64,000 bases of DNA from Octopus sinensis (lineage: Eukaryota), in contig NC_043001.1 in assembly GCF_006345805.1 (NCBI RefSeq), positions 73,966,001 through 74,030,000 of the forward strand. Direction: 5' to 3'. Under the pieces are notes generated by a model. That model ran no database searches. It saw only the letters and a list, made by a program, of their open reading frames with translations, and had not been told where the DNA came from. Position 1 is the first letter of the stretch. Every line of letters begins with the position of its first letter. Shown in pieces: positions 50,560 through 63,035 of this stretch. Both the position numbers and the translations under genes were made by a program.

Positions 50560-50728
50560 CCATTAAAAGTAACGATTGATGAGAATTTAGTGAAAATAAT
50601 TGATGACGTTTTAAACAGTAAAACTGACAAAGAGGAAAATCTTCGCTCTTTATTCCATGATGCAAAACATGATGTTCGTAGTGCTGTAAACTTGATGCTC
50701 AATGACTTTAGGAACAAACAAAAGTTAG
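50560..50728 (+). CDS. RhoGEF2: RhoGEF RH-domain exon: PLKVTIDENLVK...MLNDFRNKQKL(G)
   Basis: atatttcag acceptor, G/gtgagt donor, 169 nt, phase 0/1; L.DFR.KR..GL motif. Confidence 0.93.
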
Positions 50729-51448
50729 GTGAGTACTTCTTCCATTTTAATGGGTCTTTTGTTGTTATATATATAATAATAAAAAAAACACTTAACCCTT
50801 TTGTTACACATTTCTCTTGAAATACACTGCTTTTTAATTTTGAAAATAATTAAGAATTTAGTAAGATAACTTTGCCCTTATTAAGCCTGTGTTTGAAACA
50901 TAAATCAACATGAAATTTTGATAGAAGTTTTAACTGGGATCACTGTAAAACAGGGTATTTGGACCATAGGAATAGAGCAATCAAAAAGATACAGTGGAAA
51001 CAAACTTTAAGCCACATGGTTCTGAAGTAGGCATTTTAACCATGTGACCATACTCAGAGAGAGAAAGAGAGACAACAGGCTTCCACACTATTTCCATTTA
51101 CCAAATACCTCTTTAAAGGGACTGAACCTGAGGTTATTAAAAAAGACACTTGCCCAGGATACAGTACAGTGGGATCAATTCCAGAACCACATACTTGCAA
51201 AGCAAACTTCTTCACTACACAGTCATACCTATGTTTACACATATGTAGATTCAGTGTGGTTGACATTATGGCAGACCTATCCTAAATTATTTTTTCTAAT
51301 TACTCATATATCAGTAGATATTAATTTCTGAACCAATAACATATGTAAATATGACTATTAAATATCCTCAAAAAATATGTTTGCATTATTGAACTTAGCA
51401 CAATTGAATATTGACACTTATATATATATATACATACACATACATACA

Positions 51449-51898
51449 TAGGTAGTCATTGACTTACGATCACAATTGGTTCCGGCAGTTGGTTGTAAGT
51501 CAATTTGGTTGTAAGTCAATTTGGTTGTAAGTTGACCTATAGGCCTACATAGCTTTGTTTTATATTTTTCATTCTTAAGGTAAATTCTCAGGTAAAAGTT
51601 GCACACAGCATTCTGTATTATACTACAACTGTGTTATTTGTTCATAAAAAAGTAACAAAGAATGCAAATACAAGAAATACACAATGTAGTGTAAGAAACT
51701 TGCAAAACTTAAATAAAAATGTATTGTAGACTGGTGCTTGGCTGTAGATCTTTGATTTCGCTTGTTAGCTGACGTTAAAAAATTAAACCTATTAGATTTC
51801 AACTGGACTATTTATTATTGCTGCCGGGAGCTGGCATGCCACTCGTCATAAAATTGATTGGTTTTAAGTCAGATAGGTCGTAAGTCAACAACGACCTG
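51449..51898. mobile_element. Tigger/pogo-like MITE
   Basis: TIRs TAGGTAGTCATTGACTTACGA / TCGTAAGTCAACAACGACCTG followed by TA; internal tandem ttggttgtaagtcaat x3. Confidence 0.75.
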
Positions 51899-53049
51899 TA
51901 TATATATGTATACAGGATGGTGAGATAATTGTGTTTTGTGATTGTTATATTAAAATTATAATATTAATAATAATGTATCAACTCTTATGTAAAATAACTG
52001 TATTTAAAATAACCATAAGCATACCTTGCAAGCAAGTATGCCTTGGTAACATGTACCATCATCATCATTCAATGTCCACCTTCCATACTGCCATGGGTTG
52101 GACAGTTTGACAGGAGTTGGCCAGGCAGGAGCCTGCACCAGACTTCTGTGCTTGTTTTAGCAGGGTTTTTTATGGCTGGATGCCCTTCCTAACACCAACC
52201 ACCTGGCAGAGTGGATTATACTTTTGCTAATTGGTTTTGGTGTGTAGTTGCAAGCAGACATAGACATCTTCTTAGGCTTTCATCCTAAACCCACAAATCA
52301 TCAGGATATGACAGCTTGAGTGAGAGAGGAGTGAGCTGCACTAGCATTCAGCTGTTACTCATCTTCAGGTGAGTAGATTGAAGCAATATGAAATAAAGAG
52401 CTCAAGAACACACCTCACTGTCCAGTGCAGGAACTCAGCCTACATTGTTATGATTCAGAGCCACATGCTTTGAGTTACTAAGTATGAATATAACCCAGCT
52501 CTATTTTCTTTGTTATATATTTCATGTAAAACCTGTGTCACCTGAAACTAGCATTGCATTTATCTCACTCCCTTTGTAAGTTGTTACAAGTTTAGCTTTG
52601 TCTCTCCATACATGATTGGGTTCAGGCTTGGTTATGGATCTCCTGACAGGTGTGACTATGACATAAATGACTACAGGTGTGACTATATCTCTTTATACAT
52701 AAATGGATACAGGTGTGGCTTTGCATGATCTCAATTTCAAACCCACTGTCTGCTACCATGACCTTGGGTTGCCCAATGCCTTCTGAAGGAAATTTAATGA
52801 ATAGAAACTGTAGAAACCCAATTCTTTTCTTGGGTAGTAGTAGCTTAATCCAGAGGCTAGGTGCTAGTTTAGATCACCACATGGTCTTTTGGTGCTTTCT
52901 AAACATTTAGACCAGGTTTCCAATTTGAAAATAACTCCTTCCTACCAGTCTCCAACTTCTGAATAAAAAATAAAAAATGCAGCACATATATGTAAACTCT
53001 CTATCTCATTGCACTCCTTAGATCTCATTCTCACTTTTTTCTTCTTCAG

Positions 53050-53155
53050 GGCTTGGCAATTTTTATGGTGTTGATGAACTTGAACTCGACATGGATAAAT
53101 CTCAAGAAATGAAGATTATTGAGAATTATCTTGTACCACATTTAGAAAGTTTTAC
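53050..53155 (+). CDS. RhoGEF2: RhoGEF RH-domain exon: (G)LGNFYGVDELELDMDKSQEMKIIENYLVPHLESF(T)
   Basis: cttcttcag acceptor, gtaagt donor, 106 nt, phase 1/2 fits both neighbours. Confidence 0.92.
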
Positions 53156-55440
53156 GTAAGTATTCATAGTAATGTAGCAAAGATCTATGAAATTTGTGTT
53201 ACATAAAATAGCTTTCAAATATGAAACAAAATGGTATAAACTAATGCAAATGAGTCACTTTCATACCAGCAGTTTTATTAATTTTCTGTGAAAACATGTC
53301 TGGTTATGAGAAAATATTACTTTGCTGAGAGACAGGTGATGGTTAATGATAGAAAGGGTATTCAGCTGTAGAAAATCTGCTTCATCTGACCCACGCAAGC
53401 ATGGAAAAGTGGATGTTGAAATGATGATGAAGTCATCCACTTCTTTAGTAATTTCGGTAAAAATCTTATCTAAGGGGCACTACCAATCCATGCAGATATA
53501 ATGTAAGAAAATTTAGATAAACAAACTACTACACTGTACTACCTACTGTTTGATTAAAATAATTTAGTAGGTTTTTTTTTGCAAAACATTTAAGGGGACC
53601 ATATTTAAACCACTGATCTAGACATGCTTAAAATGGATTGTGGAACTCTTTGTGGATTTTCCCCATATGCCTGAGTAGACCTATTATCAAAAGCCTTCCA
53701 TCCATGACACTAATAATGTAATCACAGTTGGAGTTATTCTTTAAAATCAATATGGAAAAGCTATGAAAAAATAACTATAATTGTTTCCAAGTTTGGTACA
53801 AGGCCAGCAATTTCAGGATTTAGGGTTCGTCAATTACATTGACTCCAGTATTTGACATCTCTGAAAGGATGAGAGGTAAAGTTGACCTTGGCATCATCTA
53901 AATTCAGAACATAAAGAGTTGGAAGAAATGCCTCTAAGCCTTTTTGCTTAATGTGCTAGTGATTCTGCCAGTTCACCACCTTAAATACATATAATTAAAC
54001 AAAGGACTGTTTGAAGTGAATTAAACAGATATTAATTGTTAGACTTGTTGTCCAAATAATAGTGCCAAGATAAACAAAAAAAAAAACTTTCTATGAGTCT
54101 ATAAATCAATTTTTTTAGAAGTTTGTCAAGGTGAACGAAGCAGAAAATATTTATAGAAAAACACTCAGCTATCTAAAAATAATTGTGAGAGAGAGAGAGA
54201 ATTAATGCTTATTTCTTTGTTAATATATTGATAGATTCTTAGAGAGATGGTACTGGAATATTCAGTTGACTTCTTTGTTTATCAGTTTATCACTCATACT
54301 TGACTGACTAATTTAACCTGTATCTAGCACCCTTCCCATCCCCCCTCTCTCTCTTTCTTCACATGTCCATTTGAAACTTTTATGAAGAAACGGATGACAA
54401 TGACTTCAAAGTTTTGGTTTGCTTTCTTTTGGAAGACAGTTTGATGAAGGCAAGCAAGCCAGAACTTCAAAGTCACTGTTAGCCTTTTTCTAATGGAAGT
54501 TTAATAAGCATTTATTCTACTGAAAAGTATTCAGCAATTCTTCATTTAATATTAAATCATTTTATATATATCTTGACATAGAAACAACCATTAATATATA
54601 TATGTGTGTATTTGTCTGTTTTACAACTATTGTTGCAAGCTAACACAAGGTAGACAAATGCCCTTTGTATCACTAACTCTTACCTATTTTTCATGGAAAG
54701 TGCAGGACTACCAGCCTTTTTGCTAACCATGAAAAGACATCAAATAACACCAGTCATAGCTCAGTAACATTTTTTGTGTGATCATATTGCAAACATTCAC
54801 ACACATATGCATGCACACATCTCACATACAGTAGAACACAAAATGTTTATAGTTTCACGCTCTGGTTACATTGGGAGAGGGAAACTAAAATAACAAATAG
54901 AGTAGGAGTGAGTGACAATCAGAGATGCTAAATGTAGGTGAACCCTAGTAAGAGCAGCTGGTATTCTAATCAAAATGAAACTGCAAACTTTTATCAAGTT
55001 ATATTTATCAGTTTCACACACGCACAAAATCAAGTATCAAAGTGTATAAGTTGATCTACCTTTTTTGGCTGTAAATTTTGGACTGAAAAATTCAACTGCC
55101 AGAAAATACAGTATTCACACACTTACGCACATAAATAGTTTCTTTCGATTCATTTTCTACCGAATCCACTCACAAAGCTTTTGGTCACCCCAGGGCTACA
55201 GTAGAAGCCACTTGCACTATGTTGCCATACAGTGGGATAGAGTTCCAAATCATACAGCTTTGAAGCTTTTATAAACACACACAGGCACGTGTGGCTATAT
55301 GGTAAGAAGCTTGCTTCCCAACCACATGATTCTGAGTTCAGTCCCACTGCATGACACCTTGGATAAGTGTCTTCTATAGCCTCAGGCCGACCAAGGCCTT
55401 ATGAGTGGATTTGGTAGATGGAAAATGAAAGAAGCCCATT

Positions 55441-55494
<54 letters not shown>

Positions 55495-55981
55495 TTATGT
55501 GTGTGTCTTTGTGTCCATGTTTGTCCCCTCACCATCTCTTATTTCTTTATTGCCCACAAGGGGCTAAACATAGAGGGGACAAACAAGGACAGACATAGGG
55601 ATTAAGTCGATTACATTGGCCCTCCAATGCGTAACTGGTACTTAATTTATTGACCCTGAAAGGATGAAAATATTGTTTCCTTAGTTCAGTCAGAAAACCA
55701 ACGGCCATCACCACCAGTATACATACATAGAGAGAGACAGGCAGATATAGGACTTTCAGATACCCTTAAACATTACTCTCTCTCTTTTTTTACTCTTTTA
55801 TTGTTTCAGTCATTTGACTGTGGCCATGCTGGAGCACTGCCTTTTGTCAAGCAAATTGACCCTAGGACTTAATCTTTGTAAGCCTAGTACTTATTCTGTC
55901 GGTCGCTTTTGCTGAACCACTAAGTTACGAGGACGTAAACACACTAGCATTGATTGACAAGCAATATTGGGGGAACAAACA

Positions 55982-56018
<37 letters not shown>

Positions 56019-56384
56019 CGGGCTTCTTTCAGTTTCTGTCTACCAAATCCACTCTTTGGTTGGCCCGAGGCTATAGTAGAAGACACTTGCCCAAGGTGCC
56101 ACACAGTGGAACCGAACCTGGAACCATGTAGTTGGTAAGCAAGCTACTTACCACACAGCCACTCCTACTGGTCAATGTGTTTCCATTCTTCCTTTGATTG
56201 TGCTCTCTTCTTCTATTTGGACCCTAATTCTTTTACTGTATCATCTTCCTATCATCAAGGAGTTCCAAGTGGTCACTTCCAATCTTTTGGTTACCAGTTG
56301 GTAACTGCACAAGTCCACCTGTTGCCAATGAGCATTTGCTCCACTAGCCTGGATGTGTCACAAGATTCCATATAATATATATAT

Positions 56385-56427
<43 letters not shown>

Positions 56428-56983
56428 TTTTTTCTTTTATACGTTTCAGCCCTAAGGCTGTGGCCAAGCTGGAGCGTGTATATATATATATATATTGTGT
56501 GTACATTGTTGGGGCATACCAGCACACAGTTTTTATAATTTATGTATATAAGTCATGGAGTGGTGGCACGATTCATCTCTGATTTAGTTTGGGTACGTGA
56601 TGCTGATAAGCCACAAAAATGGTGAAACATCAAGGTCTATCTCTCCTGAATGGGATTTCAGGTGAGTTGTCTTGCCTGTCTATGACTTTCAGGTGTTCTT
56701 ACAACTGGCACTTTGAAAGAATAATCTCCACCACACCAAATCACAGCTTACCAGCAAACACATGGCATGTATATGTTAAGTGTGTGTGGTTGATGATATA
56801 TATGTATATATAATAGAAGGGATTTCAATCACCAGTTATTTGAAGTGTTTGATAAAAGTCAAAATTTAATTCCTTTTCATCAGTAACTGTTTTTCTTGAA
56901 TGTCATTTAAATGTCTGTAAATTTTTTTTAAAGTATTTTTCTATTCCTTTTTTTTATTTCCATTCTTTCTCATTGATTTACAG

Positions 56984-57167
56984 AGAAGAAAAAGCAAAGT
57001 GTGCAAGGGATCAAGCACTTGGCTGGGCACTTGCAACATATCTTCGTCATATTGGTGTTACAAAACTGTCATATCACAGTTCTGTTTTAGATCGGGTTCA
57101 CAGTTTTGTGATGAAAGAACGGAAAGAAAAGGGAATTAAACTCCCAGGGACCAAATCAAAAACAAAG
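56984..57167 (+). CDS. RhoGEF2: RhoGEF exon: EEKAKCARDQALGWALATYLRHIGVTK...KSKTK (RH end)
   Basis: gatttacag acceptor, gtatgc donor, 184 nt, phase 2/0; 'AL.TY..H.GV' RH C-terminus. Confidence 0.93.
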
Positions 57168-57592
57168 GTATGCATACACATAAGCACCCTAATTATTTGT
57201 GAGTAATATGCATAATTGTGATTGTTGCCAGTGTAATGTAAATGGCGTGATAATAGTGTAAATGGCTTCTATGCTTGTGACATGTAAAAAGCACCCATTA
57301 CACTCTTGGAGTGGTCGGTGTTAGGAAGAGCATCCAACCATAGAAACCATACCAAATTCGACTGGAACCTAGTGCAGCTCTCTGGCTTACTACTTCCAGT
57401 CAAACCATCTAACCCATGCCGAGTTAAATGATGATGACTGACACTACAGAAAATATCTGTATTTACTGAGTTTGAAAGAGAGGATATACAAAAATATGAT
57501 TGATTAGGATATGTTAGCATTTTAATCTTACAGTATTCATTTATTAATCAAGTTTTATGTCACTAACTTGTTTCTGTTATTTTTCATTGTAG

Positions 57593-57701
57593 GCATACCG
57601 CAACCATCAGTTTGTTCCTCAGCATTATTACCAACTGACTGATTGTACGGTTTGTTCTAGTCCTGTGTGGGGAGTTGGTTTTCAAGGCTATCAGTGTAGC
57701 A
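57593..57701 (+). CDS. RhoGEF2: RhoGEF C1-domain exon 1: AYRNHQFVPQHYYQLTDCTVCSSPVWGVGFQGYQCS
   Basis: ttcattgtag acceptor, gtgagt donor, 109 nt, phase 0/1; H-x12-C-x2-C-x13-C. Confidence 0.93.
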
Positions 57702-59285
57702 GTGAGTAATGACTATGGTTTTTTTATTGCATGCAAATATGGTGTTTATTCAACCTGTAATCCCACACACACACAACTGTATATGTAATGATCTGGAGTT
57801 TAAAAGAATAACAGAAGTTTATACATAGAAGAATGGGATTGGGCCAGATAACCAGACAAACAGAATGTCAACAGAATACTTCTTATCACTTGGTATATTT
57901 CACCTCCTTCTATACTACACCCTCCCTCCATCTCAATCAAAGAGTCTTGTCTTGCAAGCTGCTTGGTGACCTCATTAGCACTGGCGACACACAAAAGCAG
58001 CCAGTGCACACTGTTAAATGGTTAGTGTTGTGAAGGGCATCTAGCCGTAGAAACCATGTCAAAGCAGACATTAGAGCACTATGGTGACAGCAGTAGCGAC
58101 GATGACAACAATAACGAGGAGGAATTTGTAGTTAGTTGCAGGAGACATAAAAGTAGAACAGCATTGAATAACTATCCTTGATTGATGTCTAGAAAGGAAA
58201 TTAGTCTTCTATAGTCAACACAAACAGTGGTTACAGAAGATCTGTTCAACAAGTTGATGAGAAACCAGAACTGGAAGAGTGTTAACAGTAATAACAGACT
58301 GAATAGAAACTATGACTTGAAACTTTAGCCCAGATTTTATTGCAAAAGATTAATAATGTAGTAAGGAAATGGGGGAAAATATTGTGGAGATATTGATAAT
58401 TATTAGTTAATCAACAATTTTCTGTTAGTGTTTAATGATCAATTGATTTTGAAATATCTTGTTTTTTCTCAAGATACATGACTAATCCAAAATACTTTTA
58501 TTAGACTGCATAATAAATTAGATTTTTCTCGACATATGACTTTAGGACTGTCTTTGTATTCTTAGACATTGATCAGTCAATGCAGATGATGATGGTTATC
58601 ATTGAGATCAACATCATCCATCTTCCAAATAATGATGATCATTGTCTTCCATGTTAGCATTGGGTGGACTGTTTGACAGGTTCTGACAGGTCTGAGGATT
58701 GCCTCCTGTTCTAATGTCTGTGTTGGCATGGTTTCTGAAGCTACATGCCCAATGTAATGCCAACCACTTTACAGAGTGTACTGTGATTACCATTAAGGAA
58801 GGGAATCCAGCCATAGAAACCATGCCAAAGGAGACTTGGGAGTATGCTACATATTAAGATATTTAAGACTGTGAGACTTAAGAAACCAGAAACACTAACA
58901 TATCAAACATGTATTCTACCATTTGCATATCTGTTTGTATTTTTAAAAAATACTTAAGACTGAAGAGAGGCATTAAAGCAATAGTTGTTGCCATATGATA
59001 CAAAGCAAGTGCTGGAAACTTCCTGGCTTTAAGGGTATCGCGAAAGCCCTTGTTGGAGGCCAAACCATCCAACTTCTTTTACAGGGCTTAGAAAAATTGA
59101 AGGACTGCTGCAATAAGTGTGTGAATCTGAGAGGGGAATATGTTCAATAAAATCATAATTAACTGATCTTCCTGTATTTTCTTTTACCCAAAGCCAGAAA
59201 CTTTTCAGCACCCCTCATATTTTTTCTTTCTTTTTTTTTTTTTTACAATTTAGTTTTTATCTACACTTCTTATTTGACATTTCAG

Positions 59286-59408
59286 ATTGTGAGTGGAATG
59301 TTCATAAACATTGCATAGAATCCATTGACATCTTGTGTCCACAAGGTCGGAAAAAACGAACGTCTGGGCTGATGGACAAATGGGGCCGAAAACCTAGTAA
59401 TACAAATG
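59286..59408 (+). CDS. RhoGEF2: RhoGEF C1-domain exon 2: (N)CEWNVHKHCIESIDILCPQGRKKRTSGLMDKWGRKPSNTN
   Basis: catttcag acceptor, gtaggt donor, 123 nt, phase 1/1; completes C-x4-H-x2-C-x7-C of the C1 fold. Confidence 0.93.
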
Positions 59409-61271
59409 GTAGGTTACAGCTGAGAGTATTTAACATACGAAAACATTTATTATATCAGAGAATAGACAAAATGGAATAAAGATGAAAGGGTTTGAGATTT
59501 ACAACCTACTGTGTGATATCTGGATTAAAAGTGGTAGACAAACACACAGTGTCTTCTATTAGTTTCTGCCTATCTCATCCACTCACAAATTCCTGTTCAA
59601 ATTAGAGTTCTAGCAGAAGATATTTGCCCAAGGTGCTGCACATTGGAACTGATATGTATGAGAACAGAATAAAGAATACCCCTGCAGCCATAAATCAAAA
59701 AATAAGAATAATTTACCATTGTAGACTGAATAAATGGTTCGGTTTGAAATTCTGAGAACATTACCTGAAGAAGGCCAGACTGTAACAATAAGATGAGGGC
59801 ACTGCTCTGAATAAATCAGTGTATCACAATGATGATATCTTGTTTCAGATAAACGCACAAAAAAAAAATTTTTTTCAGGCTTACTTCTGCCTTTCAAGCT
59901 GCTAAGGATAAGAAGTATAAAGTTACTTATTGAAAATATGAACAAAAGACCTTTGTAAAAACTGAATATAGTTGGAAAATCACTTCCCAATCATATCATT
60001 TGTGATTCAATCCCCGGTGCTGTACCTTGAGCAAGTAGCTTCTACTGTACTCTTGAGTGAGTAGAATTTTGTAGACTGAAGCCTATTATTTGTGTTTGTA
60101 TACTGGTGTGTCCAGTTGTGTCCCTTTGGTAAAAAAAAGCAGGCAAGTTAGCCAATACTTTTGGGAGGGTCATTTTACCCATAAAACACATGCACTAGAT
60201 GTGATTCGCTTCAGTATTATTATCAGTTAATTAATTGATTAAATACCTTTCATGACAACATGAGGATGTATCCTTCATGTATTTGCTCTGTAGTGATATG
60301 AATACTATATTCTATTTTCGTTTCTCTAAATCTGACAAACTTGAAGGTTACTAAATTTTCTAATTTTCTTTCAACTCCATTAATAGATGTAAAAATATAA
60401 AGTTAGACTAATATTCAACTTGATTAATTATGAAGCCATTGTTCTCTTAAATTGCTTTTTTCTTTTCTTTTGACTCTGTTTACATTAATCCATTTTGTAA
60501 TATTCTTCTAGCACCACATATAAACCAAAGAAGAGAATCATGTAGTCCAACACAAAGTGGAAGTTCTGGTGTTTCAGGGGCTGATGAAGATGTCGACTCT
60601 GGTAAATAGATTGGCTTTTAGCCTGCTTTTGTAGAATATGTTGGTTAACAATGGATAAGTGAATGTCATTTCCAGACTCTTTCGCTCTCTCAGAGTTCAC
60701 TTTATGTATCATCCTTTAATTTACAATTTTTGAATGCTAAAATATTAATCCACTGTGTCTCATGGAGGAAGTTTGTTAAAGAAAAAACAAAATATTTCAA
60801 AAGACAATGGAATGGCTTGCTGAAAACAATTTCTCCTGGCCCTTTGAATATTTTCTTTATTTTTTTAAATAAAAGATTGATCCTGAAATATTGTAAGATT
60901 ATTAAACAGCCTATGTAAGTTGGAACAATGTATTATTGCTGTTGTTTATTCATTGACATCAGAATACATCAGCAAATAATTTGTTTGCTGACATATATTA
61001 ACAAGAGCTACCATTTCTTGTTTAGCTTCATTGATCTGTGAATACTTACCAATGAAGAGAGACAACCAGGTTGAAATTCCATAGTGTCTCAAAGTCCCCT
61101 TACATCAATGAATTGTGTTGTGAACACATCTTCTAAAAGGAGAAGGTTTTCAGATATGAGATACAACAGCGATTAATATATTCATGTTTGAGCCTCTTAC
61201 AACATATGAAGAACAAATAGATATGTCATTGTCTTAATTTATAAGTAATGTTTTATCATTTAACTTTATAG

Positions 61272-61344
61272 GTTTTCATTCGGTAAACAGTATTGTAAAA
61301 CGATTTGAGAAAAGTCCAGGGGAAAATGACGATGAAAGACACAA
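61272..61344 (+). CDS. RhoGEF2: RhoGEF exon: (G)FHSVNSIVKRFEKSPGENDDERH(K)
   Basis: actttatag acceptor, gtaagt donor, 73 nt, phase 1/2 fits neighbours. Confidence 0.85.
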
Positions 61345-61975
61345 GTAAGTCTGAATATGTTGTATATATGACACCTTTTAGAAAAATCAATGACTTTTAG
61401 TTTTCTCTTCAAGTTTTTTTTTTCTTATTCTATCTTCCTTTTTCAAGTGTGATTAGTTTGGTTAGTTCCATTTTATTTGCTCTTTCAGTAATTCAGATTA
61501 CTAACTTCACATATTTCATCACAAAGTAAAGAGTAGACACCAGATTTTCTGAGTTGATTCTAGGATTAAGAATTGGTTTTCATGAAGACTTGTAAAAATA
61601 TTTGTCATTATTTTCATCAATTAAGGTAGCAAGCTGCCAGAATCACTAGAGTGTCAGACAAAATGCTTAGCAACATTTCTTTCTGCTCTTTATAGACTTC
61701 AAATACTGCTGAGGTCAACTTTGTCTTCATTCTTTTCAAGAGTCAACAAAAAAATATGTATCAGTCAAATACTGGGGTCAATGAAACCAACTTGTCCCTT
61801 TCCCTCAAAACTGCTGGCCTTGTGCCAAAATTAGAGTTACTTATTTTTGTTGAGAAAAAAAATGTGATTTAGTCTTTTCATTTAAAAAGAAAGAAAGAAA
61901 GAAAACATTTTATCTCTTTTGGTATTGTATGTTTCTGTTCTGAATGATTTATTGGATTTTATTTCCACTTTGCAG

Positions 61976-62027
61976 GCGTGCTACTGATTTAGGGCGTTCG
62001 GAGAGCTTAAAAGATCGACCTGACCAG
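61976..62027 (+). CDS. RhoGEF2: RhoGEF exon: RATDLGRSESLKDRPDQ
   Basis: ctttgcag acceptor, gtaaat donor, 52 nt, phase 2/0; 'GRSESL' motif recalled from the RGS-RhoGEF linker. Confidence 0.85.
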
Positions 62028-62699
62028 GTAAATGGTCTTATATTTTCAGCCCTCTTCTCTGCTTTAAAGAAGACAAAAATTTAGTATTAGTGATTGTATT
62101 GTTATGGTTGTCACCTAACTGAAAGATTTGGAATACATAAACACAAGACATAGAAAGCATATTCTGTTTGATATGACAATTTCTGCTCTTCTCAAAAGTA
62201 CAAATACACATTCACTGCATAGATCGAAAAAACAGTTCATTTACCTAACCCTATCTAATCCTGGACAGCACACACAACTAAAAAAAACCTTCACCCTTTA
62301 ACTGCGAAATTAAATTTCATGGTTATTTCAGTAATGATGCTAAATATCTTCCTATATTCTGCGAGTCATATTGTCTCAAAAAAAGTTTCAACCATGACAT
62401 TTCTCAACAAAAGATAGGTTGGTACATAAAACTACCTTTTGCAGTTAATTGTAATGAAATGTAGAGTAAATGTGTCTAATTTCTGCAGTAAAAGTGGTGA
62501 AGTTGCTACAAAGGATTGTCTTTGCAATCCAACATATATAACACAATTAGTGTGATTTATCATGGATGACTGCCTCTACATCTGGGACAGCACTGCTGCT
62601 ACACCCATGACCAAATTGGACACACTCCAACTTCTGGACCTCAGGAGTATTGCTTCTTCACCCTGCTTCTTTTATCACTCCTGCTATGACTTCTGTTCC

Positions 62700-62700
62700 T

Positions 62701-62732
<32 letters not shown>

Positions 62733-63035
62733 TTAGCGTCCGTTTTCCATGCTAGCATGGGTTGGACGGTTCAACTGGGGTCTGTGAAGGTGGAAGGCTT
62801 CATCAGGCCCAGTCAGATCTGGCAGTGTTTCTACAGCTGGATGCCCTTCCTAATGCCAACCACTCCGTGAGTGTAGTGGGTGCTTTTTACGTGCCACCCG
62901 CACAGGTGCCAGACAGAGCTGGCAAACGGCCACGAACGGATGGTGCTTTTACATGTCACCGGCACGGGGGCCAGGCGAGGCTGGCAACGAACACGAACGG
63001 ATGGTGCTTTTACGTGCCACCAACATGGGGGCCAG
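62700..63035 (-). mobile_element. Young copy of the (GAT)n-tailed element with ~47-bp subrepeats
   Basis: Reverse-complement match to 10101-10270 and 7446-7560; CpGs retained; acggatggtgctttt subunits at 62935 and 62998. Confidence 0.8.

Larger units (their letters stand above)
12296..62027 (+). other. RhoGEF2: Spliced RGS-RhoGEF gene (RhoGEF2 / ARHGEF11-ARHGEF12 family), internal part: join(12296-12376,21578-21697,27211-27255,32089-32298,45340-45480,46235-46300,46799-46906,48394-48498,50560-50728,53050-53155,56984-57167,57593-57701,59286-59408,61272-61344,61976-62027)
   Basis: 15 exons, each AG...GT bounded, phases match at every junction, 564 codons with no stop. The peptide resembles the LARG/PDZ-RhoGEF RH domain (EEDDDD...F...E....AYL..LLHYL...DPSAL..Y...D.Y; L.DFR.KQ.LGL; AL.TYLRH.GV) followed by a complete C1 domain. 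The N-terminal PDZ and C-terminal DH-PH were not found in the window. Confidence 0.92.

Noticed and set aside
61026-61069. Possible extra exon between 59408 and 61272
   Set aside because: Would change phase 1 to phase 0 and break the frame; the direct 59408-61272 join is already in frame.
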